Below are positions 23,701-33,756 of a stretch of DNA of 64,000 bases, piece by piece. The number at the start of each line of letters is the position of its first letter. The first letter of the stretch is position 1. Under the pieces are notes generated by a model that worked only from the letters and a program-made list of their open reading frames with translations, was not told the origin of the DNA and ran no database searches. The translations under genes and the position numbers were made by a program. This stretch comes from Phoronis australis (lineage: Eukaryota > Animalia > Phoronida): the NCBI GenBank assembly GCA_002633005.1, contig NMRA01000159.1, positions 1 to 64,000 on the forward strand, read 5' to 3'.

Positions 23701-26700
23701 GAAACATATCATCTGTGAGTAAACAAAGACAAATTTGTTAATTATTTAGGTAACTTAGTCGAGTCCTTATTTGGATCGTTCCATGTAACCAGCAGATTAC
23801 CTGCAGGAGTTAATCAGTTGCCTTGAGAGCTACTTAAGACTGCGTTATGCTTTTAGATTATACCATCTAGTGTTCATTTGAATAAGTTATTAATTTGCGT
23901 ACCATTTAGAATTATGCAACGTGTTTCTTATTGTTTAATCTAGTATTGATTGTACGTTTTAAAGCATTCATTAATGTGTACTTGCAGAATGAAGGTTAGA
24001 TTTATTTTACTATTGAATTTTGTGACTATTCGTCAATTTCTAGTCTTAGTAACAAATCGAATGACAAGTTGTGTTTTACTAAATGTAAAATTTATGAGAC
24101 TGCGACAGAAGAGTGCAAATGTAATTACTTTGTGTTTAGAAAAAGGCAGCTATTGCACAAATAACTGGTGAAGACGACGTGGATTTCCCTGACGACCTGG
24201 AGGGCATGGTCACCATAGACGCGATTGGAGAATGTTCTGATGAGGTAGGAATGGCATCACACCAGGTGGCGCTTGTGATTCCTGACATTTTGTACCTAGC
24301 CGACAGGGTCTATGATACATCTTTTACCCCAAACCAGAGCCGAACTTCTATAAAATTATACATTTTCTGAAAGTAGGATGCCTGTAGAATTCAATTTTTG
24401 ACTTTTTCTGTTATTACTGTAACTGGGTAACGTGACTATGTCTGTCTGCTAAAATTTATGAAAAAAGAAAGATATAGTAATTGTAAAACGACTGTACCAA
24501 CTACAAGACCAAATTTCATTTGTTAGAAATATTAACTCTCGAAAACACAATTTTAAAGTTATTTTCTTTTTGTTTTGTGCAACTTTTGATTTTTTTCATG
24601 AAAAGCATAAAAGTTCTGTTTTGATTGCCCCTCATGAGGGCTGTTCCAGTAAAATCCGTGTGGGAGGGGGGGGACGGCAGTAGAAATAAAAATTCATGGG
24701 TGGTGGTCTTCAGAAAAAAACTCAAATTATGGGTGGTCGTTCCTGTAAGAAGTGATGCATTAAAAATGGGTGGTATTTTTTGACCTGTTAATGTTGACAG
24801 GTTGGTTACTTCAGCCATATAAACTAAAAAAAAAATGCAATTGGCATATATCCTAACTTATCCCAATACAAAAAAGCCCATATTGCCAGTGAACAGAGTG
24901 CAATATGTTCACTAAGCCATTAATCAAGTCATGGGCAACTTGATTTGAGCCAACTGTTTGTCTGCAGTCCTATTGAATTGAAAAGTTATGCAACACTAAA
25001 CTGGTGTTAACACATATAAGAAAATTGATGATTTTTAAATAAAAAGTATGAGGAGTAAGATAAACAAGTTCCAATATTCACTTGACATAGAAGTATAAAA
25101 GAGTTCGTGGAGACAGTTTGAGATTCATAGATCCTTATAATTGAAAAAATGTTCATTGAAATTATAGACACATGGTGAACAGAGACACCTGGTGGCTGCC
25201 AAAAGTATTGCTCACAGGCTACTTTAGTTTTTGACAATATTGGACAAGACAACTAGTTCTTATCTGTCAATCATCTAAGTTCTTAACAAGTCCTCCTGGA
25301 GGCAATTTGTTTGCAAGTGTTGGATTTTATATTTTAACGTATTAAAAATAATTAAAAAATTATGGGTCATGGGTTGGAGAAATAAATGAAAAATATGGGC
25401 GGTGGGTACGAAATAAAAGTGCCTTCCCCCCCCTCCCATACAGATTTTGCTGGAACAGCCCTGACCGAAGTGAAGCTTTTTAAAAACAATTTCTTACGGC
25501 GTATTGGAGAACTGCATAAAGCACAGTTTCTGAAAGTATCGTATGAATCTGATCAGCTGAGTTACTATGTTTTAGTCTTCTTCTGTGTTCCTGATTGAAG
25601 TTGGGCCAAATTTGGACATTTTTCTAAGGCCCCACGTAACGTTAAAATAGCTTGTGATCCATGGAAATAGCTTGTGATCCATGGTGTTGACCAAATGCTC
25701 ATTAATTTGGGTATGTTAAGATTACGAGTCTCTGGGTTAAAGGTCTACACCCAATGCGATGTAGATAAAAATGGCCAGGTGTTAGCAGATGTCATAAGTC
25801 TCCAACTGTACGTGGAGGCCATTATGCGTAAAAACCTCAGAAATGAGCCGTGTAGACAATGCCCAGTTATTACTCGAGTGTTCATGTGTGCATGATTGGA
25901 ATTGGTTGAAGAACGCGTTGCAGATTTCATCCAATCTGTAAAATTGAAATATACACCACCTTAGAATCAGAAACCAAAACACAAGAAAGAAAGTGCCGTT
26001 TTGCCCATTTTTGGCAGAAACTTCTGCTGCCCTGTTCATAGCATTGCAGTCTGATGTTCTAAAATTTTGTGGCCAGTTGTCCGCGAGCGTACATTACTCC
26101 CGCCAGATGCTCGCCTCGTCAGTATCGATTAGTCTCGTGCTACCTGTCACTGTTACTGTATCTACAGACTATGTTTGGGAACTGGATCGTGTTGTGTTAT
26201 TTGTTGCCTTTAAATGACATATTGGTTTTTCAGTCAACACATTCTTGGGGTTATTGGTGGATATGGTAAGATTTCTAGCTTTGATCAAAAGAACGAATTC
26301 TGATTGTTGGTTTTGTGATTTGATTACCACGTGGACGCGGGGTTTGTATTTCAGGAGTCTTCAAATGGTAAGGACAAAGGAACAACGGCCAAGGCTCCCC
26401 ATGAGGGCACCGGTCCCGTCCTCTCCAGCAAGGGGAATACCTCTGGTGAAGTCCATGAGGAGACCACTCCTGAGAGGGGTCCTGACGGGACTCCCGAAGT
26501 CACAGGAGTCGTGGAGGCTGAACCTTCCACAGGTGTCAACGACAGCGTCATGGTGAGTGCATCGCAATAGTGTGAAGTACAATCGGTAACTTTGCGGTTG
26601 TTGTCTACGCAGTTATATATTTACTTTTTGTTTTGTAAGAAATTCCATTTTCTGTAAATATGTAAATTGCTTGAAATTACTTCTACTGATTTAAAAATGT

Positions 26701-29700
26701 GAGGAATCTTAATCAGTCATTTTCTGGCCTTATGATTTTTCAATGCTTTTAGTAGTTTCGATCATCAATTTGTATTAAGTGCATGAATGATTTGGCTTAA
26801 CATCTTGTATGCTCATTGGGTGCAGCTTGACTGGGGGAAACTCGTCTCGGAGTTTTGGCGTGAAATGGAGATAACGGTGGTCACAAATAAAGACTGAGAC
26901 ATTGTATTAAAAAAGGACTGCGATAGCTGGTATCTCTCTTGTAATAAAAAAATCTCACGTGTTTGCCTGGAAATAGAATTTTTTGGCATTTGAAGTTTAC
27001 GTTCAAATAAATAATGTCAGTTTTGTCAAAAAAAAAAATTGTCATATGATTATAAACCATTCTGTGACCAAATTAAGATTTTTCAGTCGGTTTATTTTAA
27101 TGACCATTTAACACCAACGCCTAGCCTCCTTTTCATGTCGGGTAAAAAACTCATCCTATTTTATGTGAAGAGCTTGGACGTAATTTTTCCTTCTTGTTGT
27201 GTTAGGAGGAGAAGTTGTCTGTCGACGACTCCGTAGGGACAGGGAAAGAGTCGGCCATATTGGGGGAGTCGCCCTTGGAATTAGAGGAGCTACCTGCCTT
27301 CAGTCCTGATACTGCCTTGGGTATGTGGTGTTGGTGTAATGAAATACCTAGTTGTAGTAGTGATGCATCGATTACCTTTGTGGTGATGTATTAACGTTTT
27401 GTTGAAATGTGAAATTGACATATTTATTTAGTAAAAGCATGCGTTTTCTGAAAGAAGTCTGTGGAATTTGATTTTTGAGTTGGCACTAATCTGTAACTAA
27501 TTGGGTCACGTGGCCATTCAGCAAAAAGAAGTACATTCATATTAGCCATTACTCAGCTCAAACAAAGCTGAAGGTCCTTTGAAGATGTTTCCCTGATTCT
27601 GGGAAATTTACATATTATTCGGAAAAAAATCCCAGTTTGGGGCAAACTATTTGTTGAGTGTACTAGTACTAACTAAATAGGTATTCATGGAACTATAAAT
27701 GGTCCTACCCGTTTATATTTCACTTCTTTTTTCTTTCTGTAACGATGATGAATCGAGTCATATGCCATCTTTTGCTCAGGGCTGTTCCAGTAAAATCCGT
27801 GTGGGAGGGGGGGGACGGCAGTAGAAATAAAAATTCATGGGTGGTGGTCTTCAGAAAAAAACTCAAATTATGGGTGGTCGTTCCTGTAAGAAGTGATGCA
27901 TTAAAAATGGGTGGTATTTTTTGACCTGTTAATGTTGACAGGTTGGTTACTTCAGCCGAACACATCTCCAAAGAAATCATAACTCAAAAAAAAATGCAAT
28001 TGGCTAATATCCTAACTTATCCCAATACAAAAAAGCCCATGTTGCCAGTGAACAGAGTGCAATATGTTCACTAAGCCATTAATCAAGTCATGGGCAACTT
28101 GATTTGAGCCAATTGTTTGTCTGCAGTCCTATTGAATTGAAAAGTTATGCAACACTAAACTGGTGTTAACACATATAAGAAAATTGATGATTTTTAAATA
28201 AAAAGTATGAGGAGTAAGATAAACAAGTTCCAATATTCACTTGACATAGAAGTATAAAAGAGTTCGTGGAGACAGTTTGAGATTCATAGATCCTTATAAT
28301 TGAAAAAATGTTCATTGAAATTATAGACACATGGTGAACAGAGACACCTGGTGGCTGCCAAAAGTATTGCTCACAGGCTACTTTAGTTTTTGACAATATT
28401 GGACAAGACAACTAGTTCTTGTCTGTCAATCATCTAAGTTCTTAACAGGTCCTCCTGGAGGCAATTTTTTTGCAAGTGTTGGATTTTATATTTTAACCTA
28501 TTAAAAATAATTAAAAAATTATGGGTCATGGGTTGGAGAAATAAATGAAAAATATGGGTGGTGGGTACGAAATAAAAGTGCCTTCCCCCCCTCCCATACA
28601 GATTTTGCTGGAACAGCCCTCATAGATTTTGATCTAATGATGTTGTATTGTAATTAGTGGTGATCTGCTAGCCATTGAGCCAAGTGAATGCCTTCGTTCA
28701 CGAGTTGACCACAAAGTTAATGCAAATGGGGGAGTGACCAGCGAATAATAAAACGCCGAATTTTCAAGTGATAAATTCTTTTGAAGGGCACGATTTCCAT
28801 GCTTGTCTATTTGCTGTATCGTTTTTAAAGATAAATATCTTCACCTCGATAGTAAAATGGATGTGCAATTCGAGTGCGATATGTATTATGGTAAATTGTA
28901 CACTTTTAATTTGTGGGCTTCCAACCCTTTTTAAGTATTGGTTTACCGACTACATCGGTAGTAAAACAATGGTGTCCATAATCTGACCAAATTTATTTTG
29001 ATAAATGAAACCTCAAAAACCTTGAAACATTTTTCAGTTATTTCGTTCTATACGAATTTAGATTTTTTTCCATAAAAATCATAAATACATAGTGCTATTT
29101 TTTGTCAACAAAACACGAACGTTTTAAAAGCTTATTTTTATTATCGTTTTGGCAAACATTGTATAAATCAAGGTATCTGAAAGTTTCGTAAATTTAATAC
29201 GCCATTTTTGAGTTATGAAGTTTCAAAGTTAGCCAAATTTAGACATTTTTCTTAAACGCACGTTCACTTTTTGTACAGGTCAGGACTACGTCATCGCCGT
29301 GTCCGGCTTCTTCTGCAAGCTCTGCCATAAGTTCTACAATAGCAAGACTGCTGCCATGGTTACGCACTGTCAGTCAAAGCCTCACTATGAGAAGCTGAAG
29401 GTACGAGCTAGTTGTGGTTGAAATGGACAGTTTTCTTCAACATAAGAAGATTTATGAGGGGAGCCTAATCGGTTTTAAACTATCTCGTACACCTAGTTTG
29501 GACGTTGTGGTGGGGGCCCCCTGGTTATTTGTTGGATCGAGCTCTGTTAATGGAATTTATTTTTCTGGTATTGAAGCTGGTTTCAATGGCATTCAAGCTC
29601 ATTTCAAAGAGAATAGGAGAGTTAATATTCACTATATGCTTCTAATAAGGAATGGGTCCTCCTTTTGTTGTCCAAGTAAGTTGACAGCACACAGCTGTTC

Positions 29701-31942
29701 TGTGGCATCTATGGGGCGATGCGCCAATTTTCCCAGCTCCCTAGCGCCAATTTTCCCAGCTCCCTAGCGCCAATTTATTCATGTTAATAGGACCATTGTT
29801 TCCCCAGTGTGAATGTCTGTATGCTGGAAGGACCATTGTCTTGCTAGTGTCTATGGCACTCAACAGGGCTTGGAATTTTCCGCGGAAACGCGGATTTCCG
29901 CTTTTTTGAAATGTGCTTTCCGCTTTTTTTATAATATTTCCGCGTAAAAAAATCGGATTTGATATGAAATTTCCGCGGCAAATTCCTTTCTTACCGCGGC
30001 GTTGCAGATGACGTTCACCTCGGAAAGCGGAAGTTGCTCTTTATGTTTCGGAGGAATTGTCAACATTGCCGGGGCATCTTGGTAAAGCGTGGTGTGATTT
30101 TCAATGGCGGCTCGTGTTATTGTTAAGCGCGGCGACAAATACTACCGCTCTGCAGCCAAATTTGTGTGGGTTGGGAGTGTACGGGCGAGCGAAAAGGACG
30201 CAGACGCATGCTACTGATGGTGGTAACGTTTTTTTTTTTTTTTTTAGTCTTCCCGATTTTTGTTGCGGAAAGGTTCACATTGACCATTTCAAAGGCTGGT
30301 TATCGGGCATGATTTTGGGCCGTAAAAGTTTCCGCGCGTTTTTTGTCATTGGTCATTCCAAGCCCTGACTCAAAAAGCAACTGGTTATGACTTAAAAAGC
30401 AGTTGTCTGTCAAACTGAACTGAACTGTGGTGTAATGTATGTCTGCTATGTGAGATTCTGTTTGTTGACTGCAGGTGGCCCACAAGAAAAAACAGAAGAA
30501 ACTAGCCGAAGCCTTGACGAAGTCCATTCCGGTCAGCGATGACATGTCAGCGTCGGAAAATGACTCGCAGGCCGACTTGTCCTGCTCTCGCAATGGCCAG
30601 GTAAGTTTAATGGTGTTTTCACCTGTTGTAGGTAACTGGGTCAGGATATTAAAGGGAAATTGTGTTCAACTCTTCCAAGCTTCGACCACTTCTTACCAAC
30701 TGCAGGATTATCTCGTGACTTTTTTATTGTGAAAAGCAATTCTACAAAGACCAGTCTGTAGAAGTAAATCGACCCGATAGTGTTTTTCGTGCCTAAGGCT
30801 GTGATGAGGGATAAATTGTACCAAAGGTCATGTTAGTGAACGCTTGTGATTTCCCTCCATATTTTGCTCACGATTCTGTTTATACATCTACATAAGGCCT
30901 TAACACATATTTATATGATTGCATATTAGGGTCATTTCTGTCACCGTAGTCATCCATCAGCCGGTTGTCTAGGGTTTGCTGCTGTATCTTCTGAGCCCCA
31001 CCAGGATCGTCATGAAATTTGGCAGATGTGTTCCTACGAAGCTGACATCAGACAACTCTGACATATCCGACTATTGCTGTGCCCCCCAGTGGCAATTTTA
31101 TTTTTTGTGTTTGCTTTTGTCTTTGGTTTTCCTTTACACACGTACATGGAATATTTGGCAAGCGTGTTTCTATTTAGGAGGCAATGACACTTTCACATTC
31201 TCAGACGGATTCTATATATTCATGCATCACCGTGTGACCATTGTTAGCAGTTTTTATTAGGTCGTCCAACAAATTCTGAGGTCACATCAGCGACCTGAAG
31301 ATTACCAAATGGACCCCTGCACCCATGTTGTTCTTTGGCCTGTCATGTTTTTCATGTACCTGGACACGAGGTATAGAGCTGGGATGTGTCAGTATTAGTG
31401 AACTTCCAGCTTTGACCAAATCTTACCAATTTATGCGTGCGCACAATACTAGTTAATAAACACTCCTACAAATTTATTGCAGTCGTGGGTGCACTGGACT
31501 GTTTGAGCCAAAACCTCTCATGTGTTGCATACTGTGCAGTCTGTTTTGCTTGGCTAAATGGTTCGATTTGGAAAGAGTTGTCAGTAATTTCCGTCCCGCA
31601 GCACATGACAGTGTCCCAGTTTCTGTCTCATAACTTGTAAACAAACCTCTGAAACATTTTGCTCTGGATGCCAAGATTATTCTTTATTATGAAATTTAAA
31701 AGTTGTAATTTTTCTTTCAATCTTGTTGCTAGGTAACTGACGCAATGAAAACTGTGGATCTTGAAGGCCCTGAGCTTCAGATAGTGAGTGTCACGTCGCT
31801 GTCCGAGTGGTCGGGCGATGAGCCAGCTGCCGCCGATGCAGACACCCCGGTGATGGAGATGGGTGTTCAAGTGAGTTTGAATGCCAAGACGGGGAACACG
31901 GCAAAGCGCGGTGGAAAGGCGGTGCGAGGTGGCCGGAAGTGA
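8681..31942 (+). CDS. CIZ1: CIZ1-like / matrin-type zinc finger nuclear-matrix protein (spliced, about 884 aa)
   Basis: join(8681-8781, 11899-11997 [duplicate 10171-10269], 12774-13220, 13547-13886, 17808-17934, 19400-19596, 20869-20970, 21105-21158, 21472-21605, 21833-21908, 23116-23217, 24140-24244, 26355-26552, 27206-27320, 29279-29400, 30475-30600, 31733-31942) = 2655 nt. All junctions are GT-AG with compatible phases. The product has three U1-type C2H2 fingers, VTIDAIG and a matrin finger. Orthology to CIZ1 is inferred from architecture. Confidence 0.8.
9212..9493. repeat. Exact ~140-bp duplication either side of a single N (likely unmerged contig overlap)
   Basis: ccagtcttccataatt...gtcaagttgccag is repeated identically around the n at 9354. 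Confidence 0.85.
10171..10269 (+). CDS. CIZ1-like exon 2, duplicate copy (TGLDSYDNFFDRRSTSRLQDDFDDYRQDYDLDR)
   Basis: tttttag acceptor and GTAATT donor. Identical to 11899-11997. Confidence 0.65.
11024..11269 (+). CDS. CIZ1-like exon 3, duplicate copy truncated by the gap
   Basis: Same sequence as the start of 12774-13220. Confidence 0.6.
11281..11734 (-). mobile_element. Harbinger-type MITE, partial copy cut by the gap
   Basis: Reverse complement of the first half of 24638-25461. It ends CAGCCC followed by TGA. Confidence 0.85.
11899..11997 (+). CDS. CIZ1-like exon 2
   Basis: AG/GT flanked, 99 nt, phase 2-2, open frame. Confidence 0.75.
12774..13220 (+). CDS. CIZ1-like exon 3 (GGRRGGDSGMGLLD repeats)
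   Basis: ttttcacag acceptor, GTGAGT donor, open frame with seven 13-15-aa repeats. Confidence 0.85.
13547..13886 (+). CDS. CIZ1-like exon 4 (G/M/D/R low complexity)
   Basis: cttag acceptor, GTAAGT donor, open frame. Confidence 0.85.
14320..14750. mobile_element. MITE with Harbinger-like GGCCCGGTTGCA ends; related copies at 23424-23793 and ~45719-45990
   Basis: TIR GCCCGGTTGCATGAAACAGTCCCAAATAGGG / CCCTATTTGGAACCGTTTCATGCAACCGGCC. Confidence 0.75.
15326..15450 (+). mobile_element. tRNA-derived SINE
   Basis: A box TGGCCTAGTGG, B box GGTTCAAGTCC, and a tail ttgagtcaggtctctagctcct shared with 53872-53994. Confidence 0.75.
17808..17934 (+). CDS. CIZ1-like exon 5 (QSRTSGGLLPSP..RKSRFSDWQG), NAGNAG acceptor
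   Basis: tttttagcag acceptor, GTATGA donor, phase 0-1. Confidence 0.75.
19400..19596 (+). CDS. CIZ1-like exon 6 (R/S-rich, EEYDPSQPT)
   Basis: ctcag acceptor, GTAGAC donor, phase 1-0, open frame. Confidence 0.8.
20349..20480. repeat. Minisatellite, 32-bp unit x4
   Basis: aatctgacatttagattatttgaactgatcac repeated four times. Confidence 0.95.
20869..20970 (+). CDS. CIZ1-like exon 7
   Basis: TTVKETSS..NKDKNPE, AG/GT, phase 0-0. Confidence 0.8.
21105..21158 (+). CDS. CIZ1-like exon 8 (first half of finger 1, FHCHACNIDC)
   Basis: AG acceptor and GTGAGT donor; CxxC. Confidence 0.85.
21472..21605 (+). CDS. CIZ1-like exon 9 (second half of finger 1, HMQSKKH)
   Basis: AG acceptor and GTAAGT donor; completes C-x2-C-x12-H-x5-H. 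Confidence 0.85.
21833..21908 (+). CDS. CIZ1-like exon 10 (finger 2, CKVCDRDF..HRRSTEHK)
   Basis: AG/GT, phase 2-0. Confidence 0.85.
23116..23217 (+). CDS. CIZ1-like exon 11 (finger 3, CSACGLFF..HFQSAVH)
   Basis: AG/GT, phase 0-0. Confidence 0.85.
23424..23793. mobile_element. Degenerate copy of the 14320-14750 MITE
   Basis: ggccagttgcac..cagtcccaaatagggactc at the left end and its inverted counterpart at the right end. Confidence 0.65.
24140..24244 (+). CDS. CIZ1-like exon 12 (acidic DDLEGMVTIDAIGE motif)
   Basis: A VT(I/V/L)D(A/E)(I/V)G motif is typical of CIZ1/MATR3/ZNF638/RBM20. AG/GT flanked. Confidence 0.85.
24638..25461. mobile_element. PIF/Harbinger-type MITE
   Basis: TIR GGGCTGTTCCAG(T/C)AAAATC..GGGAGGGGGGG, 3-bp TSD TGA/TGA, nearly identical to 27779-28619. 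Confidence 0.9.
26355..26552 (+). CDS. CIZ1-like exon 13
   Basis: ESSNGKDKG..VNDSVM, AG acceptor and GTGAGT donor. Confidence 0.8.
27206..27320 (+). CDS. CIZ1-like exon 14 (..ELPAFSPDTALG)
   Basis: AG acceptor and GTATGT donor, phase 0-1. It leads into the matrin finger as in MATR3/CIZ1. Confidence 0.8.
27779..28619. mobile_element. PIF/Harbinger-type MITE
   Basis: Same TIRs as 24638-25461; TSD TCA/TCA. Confidence 0.9.
29279..29400 (+). CDS. CIZ1-like exon 15 (matrin-type zinc finger)
   Basis: GQDYVIAVSGFFCKLCHKFYNSKTAAMVTHCQSKPHYEKLK, a canonical matrin finger. Confidence 0.92.
29864..30367. mobile_element. hAT-like MITE with a 6-bp TSD
   Basis: CAGGGCTTGGAA...TTCCAAGCCCTG with TSD actcaa/actcaa. 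Homologous to 6070-6566. Confidence 0.88.
30475..30600 (+). CDS. CIZ1-like exon 16
   Basis: VAHKKKQKK.., ctgcag acceptor and GTAAGT donor. Confidence 0.8.
31733..31942 (+). CDS. CIZ1-like last coding exon (..KRGGKAVRGGRK*)
   Basis: Polypyrimidine tract plus AG, phase 0, TGA stop. Confidence 0.8.
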   Translation, partial: VTDAMKTVDLEGPELQIVSVTSLSEWSGDEPAAADADTPVMEMGVQVSLNAKTGNTAKRGGKAVRGGRK

Positions 31943-32351
31943 GCGCTATGATTTACGATTTGGTTCTTGTGTTGACACAACATTGCTTTACTCGTAACGC
32001 GATAGTCTGAATATTTTCCCACGGTGGTATTCCATTGATAGGCAAAGTAAATTTGAAACACACATTTGAGGAGCAATGGAATCCCCAAGCACTATACTGT
32101 GTACAAGCGTCTTTGGTCTGACCTCAAGCTTGGTTTTCTTCACCAGCAGCGTAGAGCCCTAGCCGCCGATCACTCATAGCTACGGGTTACGTCCTGTCAG
32201 TCTGCTTGGACACTGTTGACCTGCTGCTGTTGAAGGGTGCTCATGTGGCTTATTCCATTCATTTTCCATGACATCAGTGGTCTATTTCGTGACAAGTGAC
32301 TCAAGCCTCAAGACCGAAATTTGGTCTTACGCTCCCGCTTTATATTTACCA

Positions 32352-32357
32352 AATAAA
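32352..32357 (+). terminator. Candidate proximal polyadenylation signal of the CIZ1-like gene
   Basis: AATAAA followed by GT/T-rich sequence. Confidence 0.45.
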
Positions 32358-32919
32358 AGGTTTAGTTGTGTAATTATTACATCATTATTGTAATTATTGC
32401 ATCATCATTGCTTGGAAATAATTAGTACATATTGACTCGTTGAGTAGCAATTATAGGTGTGTTCTCAGATACTTTGTTATTGTGTTAACGTAAGTTTTGA
32501 TTATTTTTCAGAAATAGTTATGTGGAGCGCAAGACAAAATTTTGTCTTAAATCTTGAGCTACCCCCCTGCACTGCAGTTTTGTGGCCTTGGATGTAGTGG
32601 TTGATGTCGATATTGCTGCAGAAATTGTAGTTTTAGTTACATACTGAAATATGTGGAGTTTTCTCAAGAACGACAAATGTCTGAAGATGCCTTGTTGAAG
32701 GTGTTTGGATGACAATGTGCAATGATGGATTTCCGATCACGGTATCTGGCAAATGTGTTCACTTTTGATATGTGGCACCTCAAGTTACCTGATATGACCC
32801 ATAGGTGGAGTATGGTATGCAAGTCTGTTGGTTTATTCTGGAGAACAGGTTCGTCATTGCTCTCTAGAGGCATTGTAGATGTAAAAAGTCACTTACTTAG
32901 AGACGTGGTTGGTTGTTAG

Positions 32920-32957
32920 CAGACTTTTCGACCTGGTCCGCCAGGTCGTTGTCGATG
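32920..32957 (-). ncRNA. Variant minimal hammerhead ribozyme motif (left PLE arm, stem III mutated)
   Basis: Reverse complement reads CA-TCGACAA-C-GACCTGG-CGGA-CCAGGTC-GAAAAGTC-TG. Confidence 0.4.
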
Positions 32958-33718
32958 AATGAGGGATTTCCCGCCTTTCGCTCGTTAAGAATGCTGGACT
33001 ACACGGGCGGTAAGTGGAGTCCTCTGTCCCGGTACAGGAGGGGGCACTGACTGTTGATGTTTACGGCCTCTTTGAGCTTACGAGTATGCCAATTTTGTTC
33101 CTTGGCTAGGATCCTGGATGAGGCAAGAGAGATGGTGTGCCCAGTCGCCAAAATATGTTCCCCCACAGCTGTTGGTCTGCCAAGTTTCAGATGTTCTTTG
33201 AATCTGGTATATGACCCCACATTGGGGGGGTCAGTAAACATCCATTCCTAGTTTCCATTAGCTCACAAAGCATCTTCAACACAGTCCATCTCTTCGACAT
33301 AGTCACAGTTGTCAGTAATGTAACGATCAGCTCCATCCAGGAGGGTATGGGTGACAGAATGTTTGTGCTTTAAGGGGTGGTTGGAAGAAAACTGGAGGAA
33401 CAGGTCCGTATGTGTCGGTTTCCTGTAGATCTCGATTTTGATGGAGCCATCATCGACGTTACCAGATTCAAAGAACATCTGAAACTTGGCAGACCAACAG
33501 CTGTGGGGGAACATATTTTGGCGACTGGGCACACCATCTCTCTAGCGTCATCCAGGATCCTAGCCAAGGAACAAAATTGGCATACTCGTAAGCTCAAAGA
33601 AGCCATAAACATCAACAGTCAGCACCCCCTCCTGAACTGGAACAGAGGACTCCTCTTACCCCCCCCTCCCCGTGTACTCCAACATTCAAAACGAGGGAAA
33701 GGTGGAAAATCCCTCATT

Positions 33719-33756
33719 CATCGACAAAGACCTGGCGGACCAGGTCGAAACGTCTG
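33719..33756 (+). ncRNA. Variant minimal type-I hammerhead ribozyme motif (right PLE arm)
   Basis: CA-TCGACAA-A-GACCTGG-CGGA-CCAGGTC-GAAACGTC-TG: perfect 7-bp stem II, GAAA, palindromic ACGT, GUC site. Confidence 0.55.

Noticed and set aside
25007-25252. Identical 81-aa ORF found twice (also 28166-28411)
   Set aside because: It is internal to the young Harbinger MITE copies and has no protein features.
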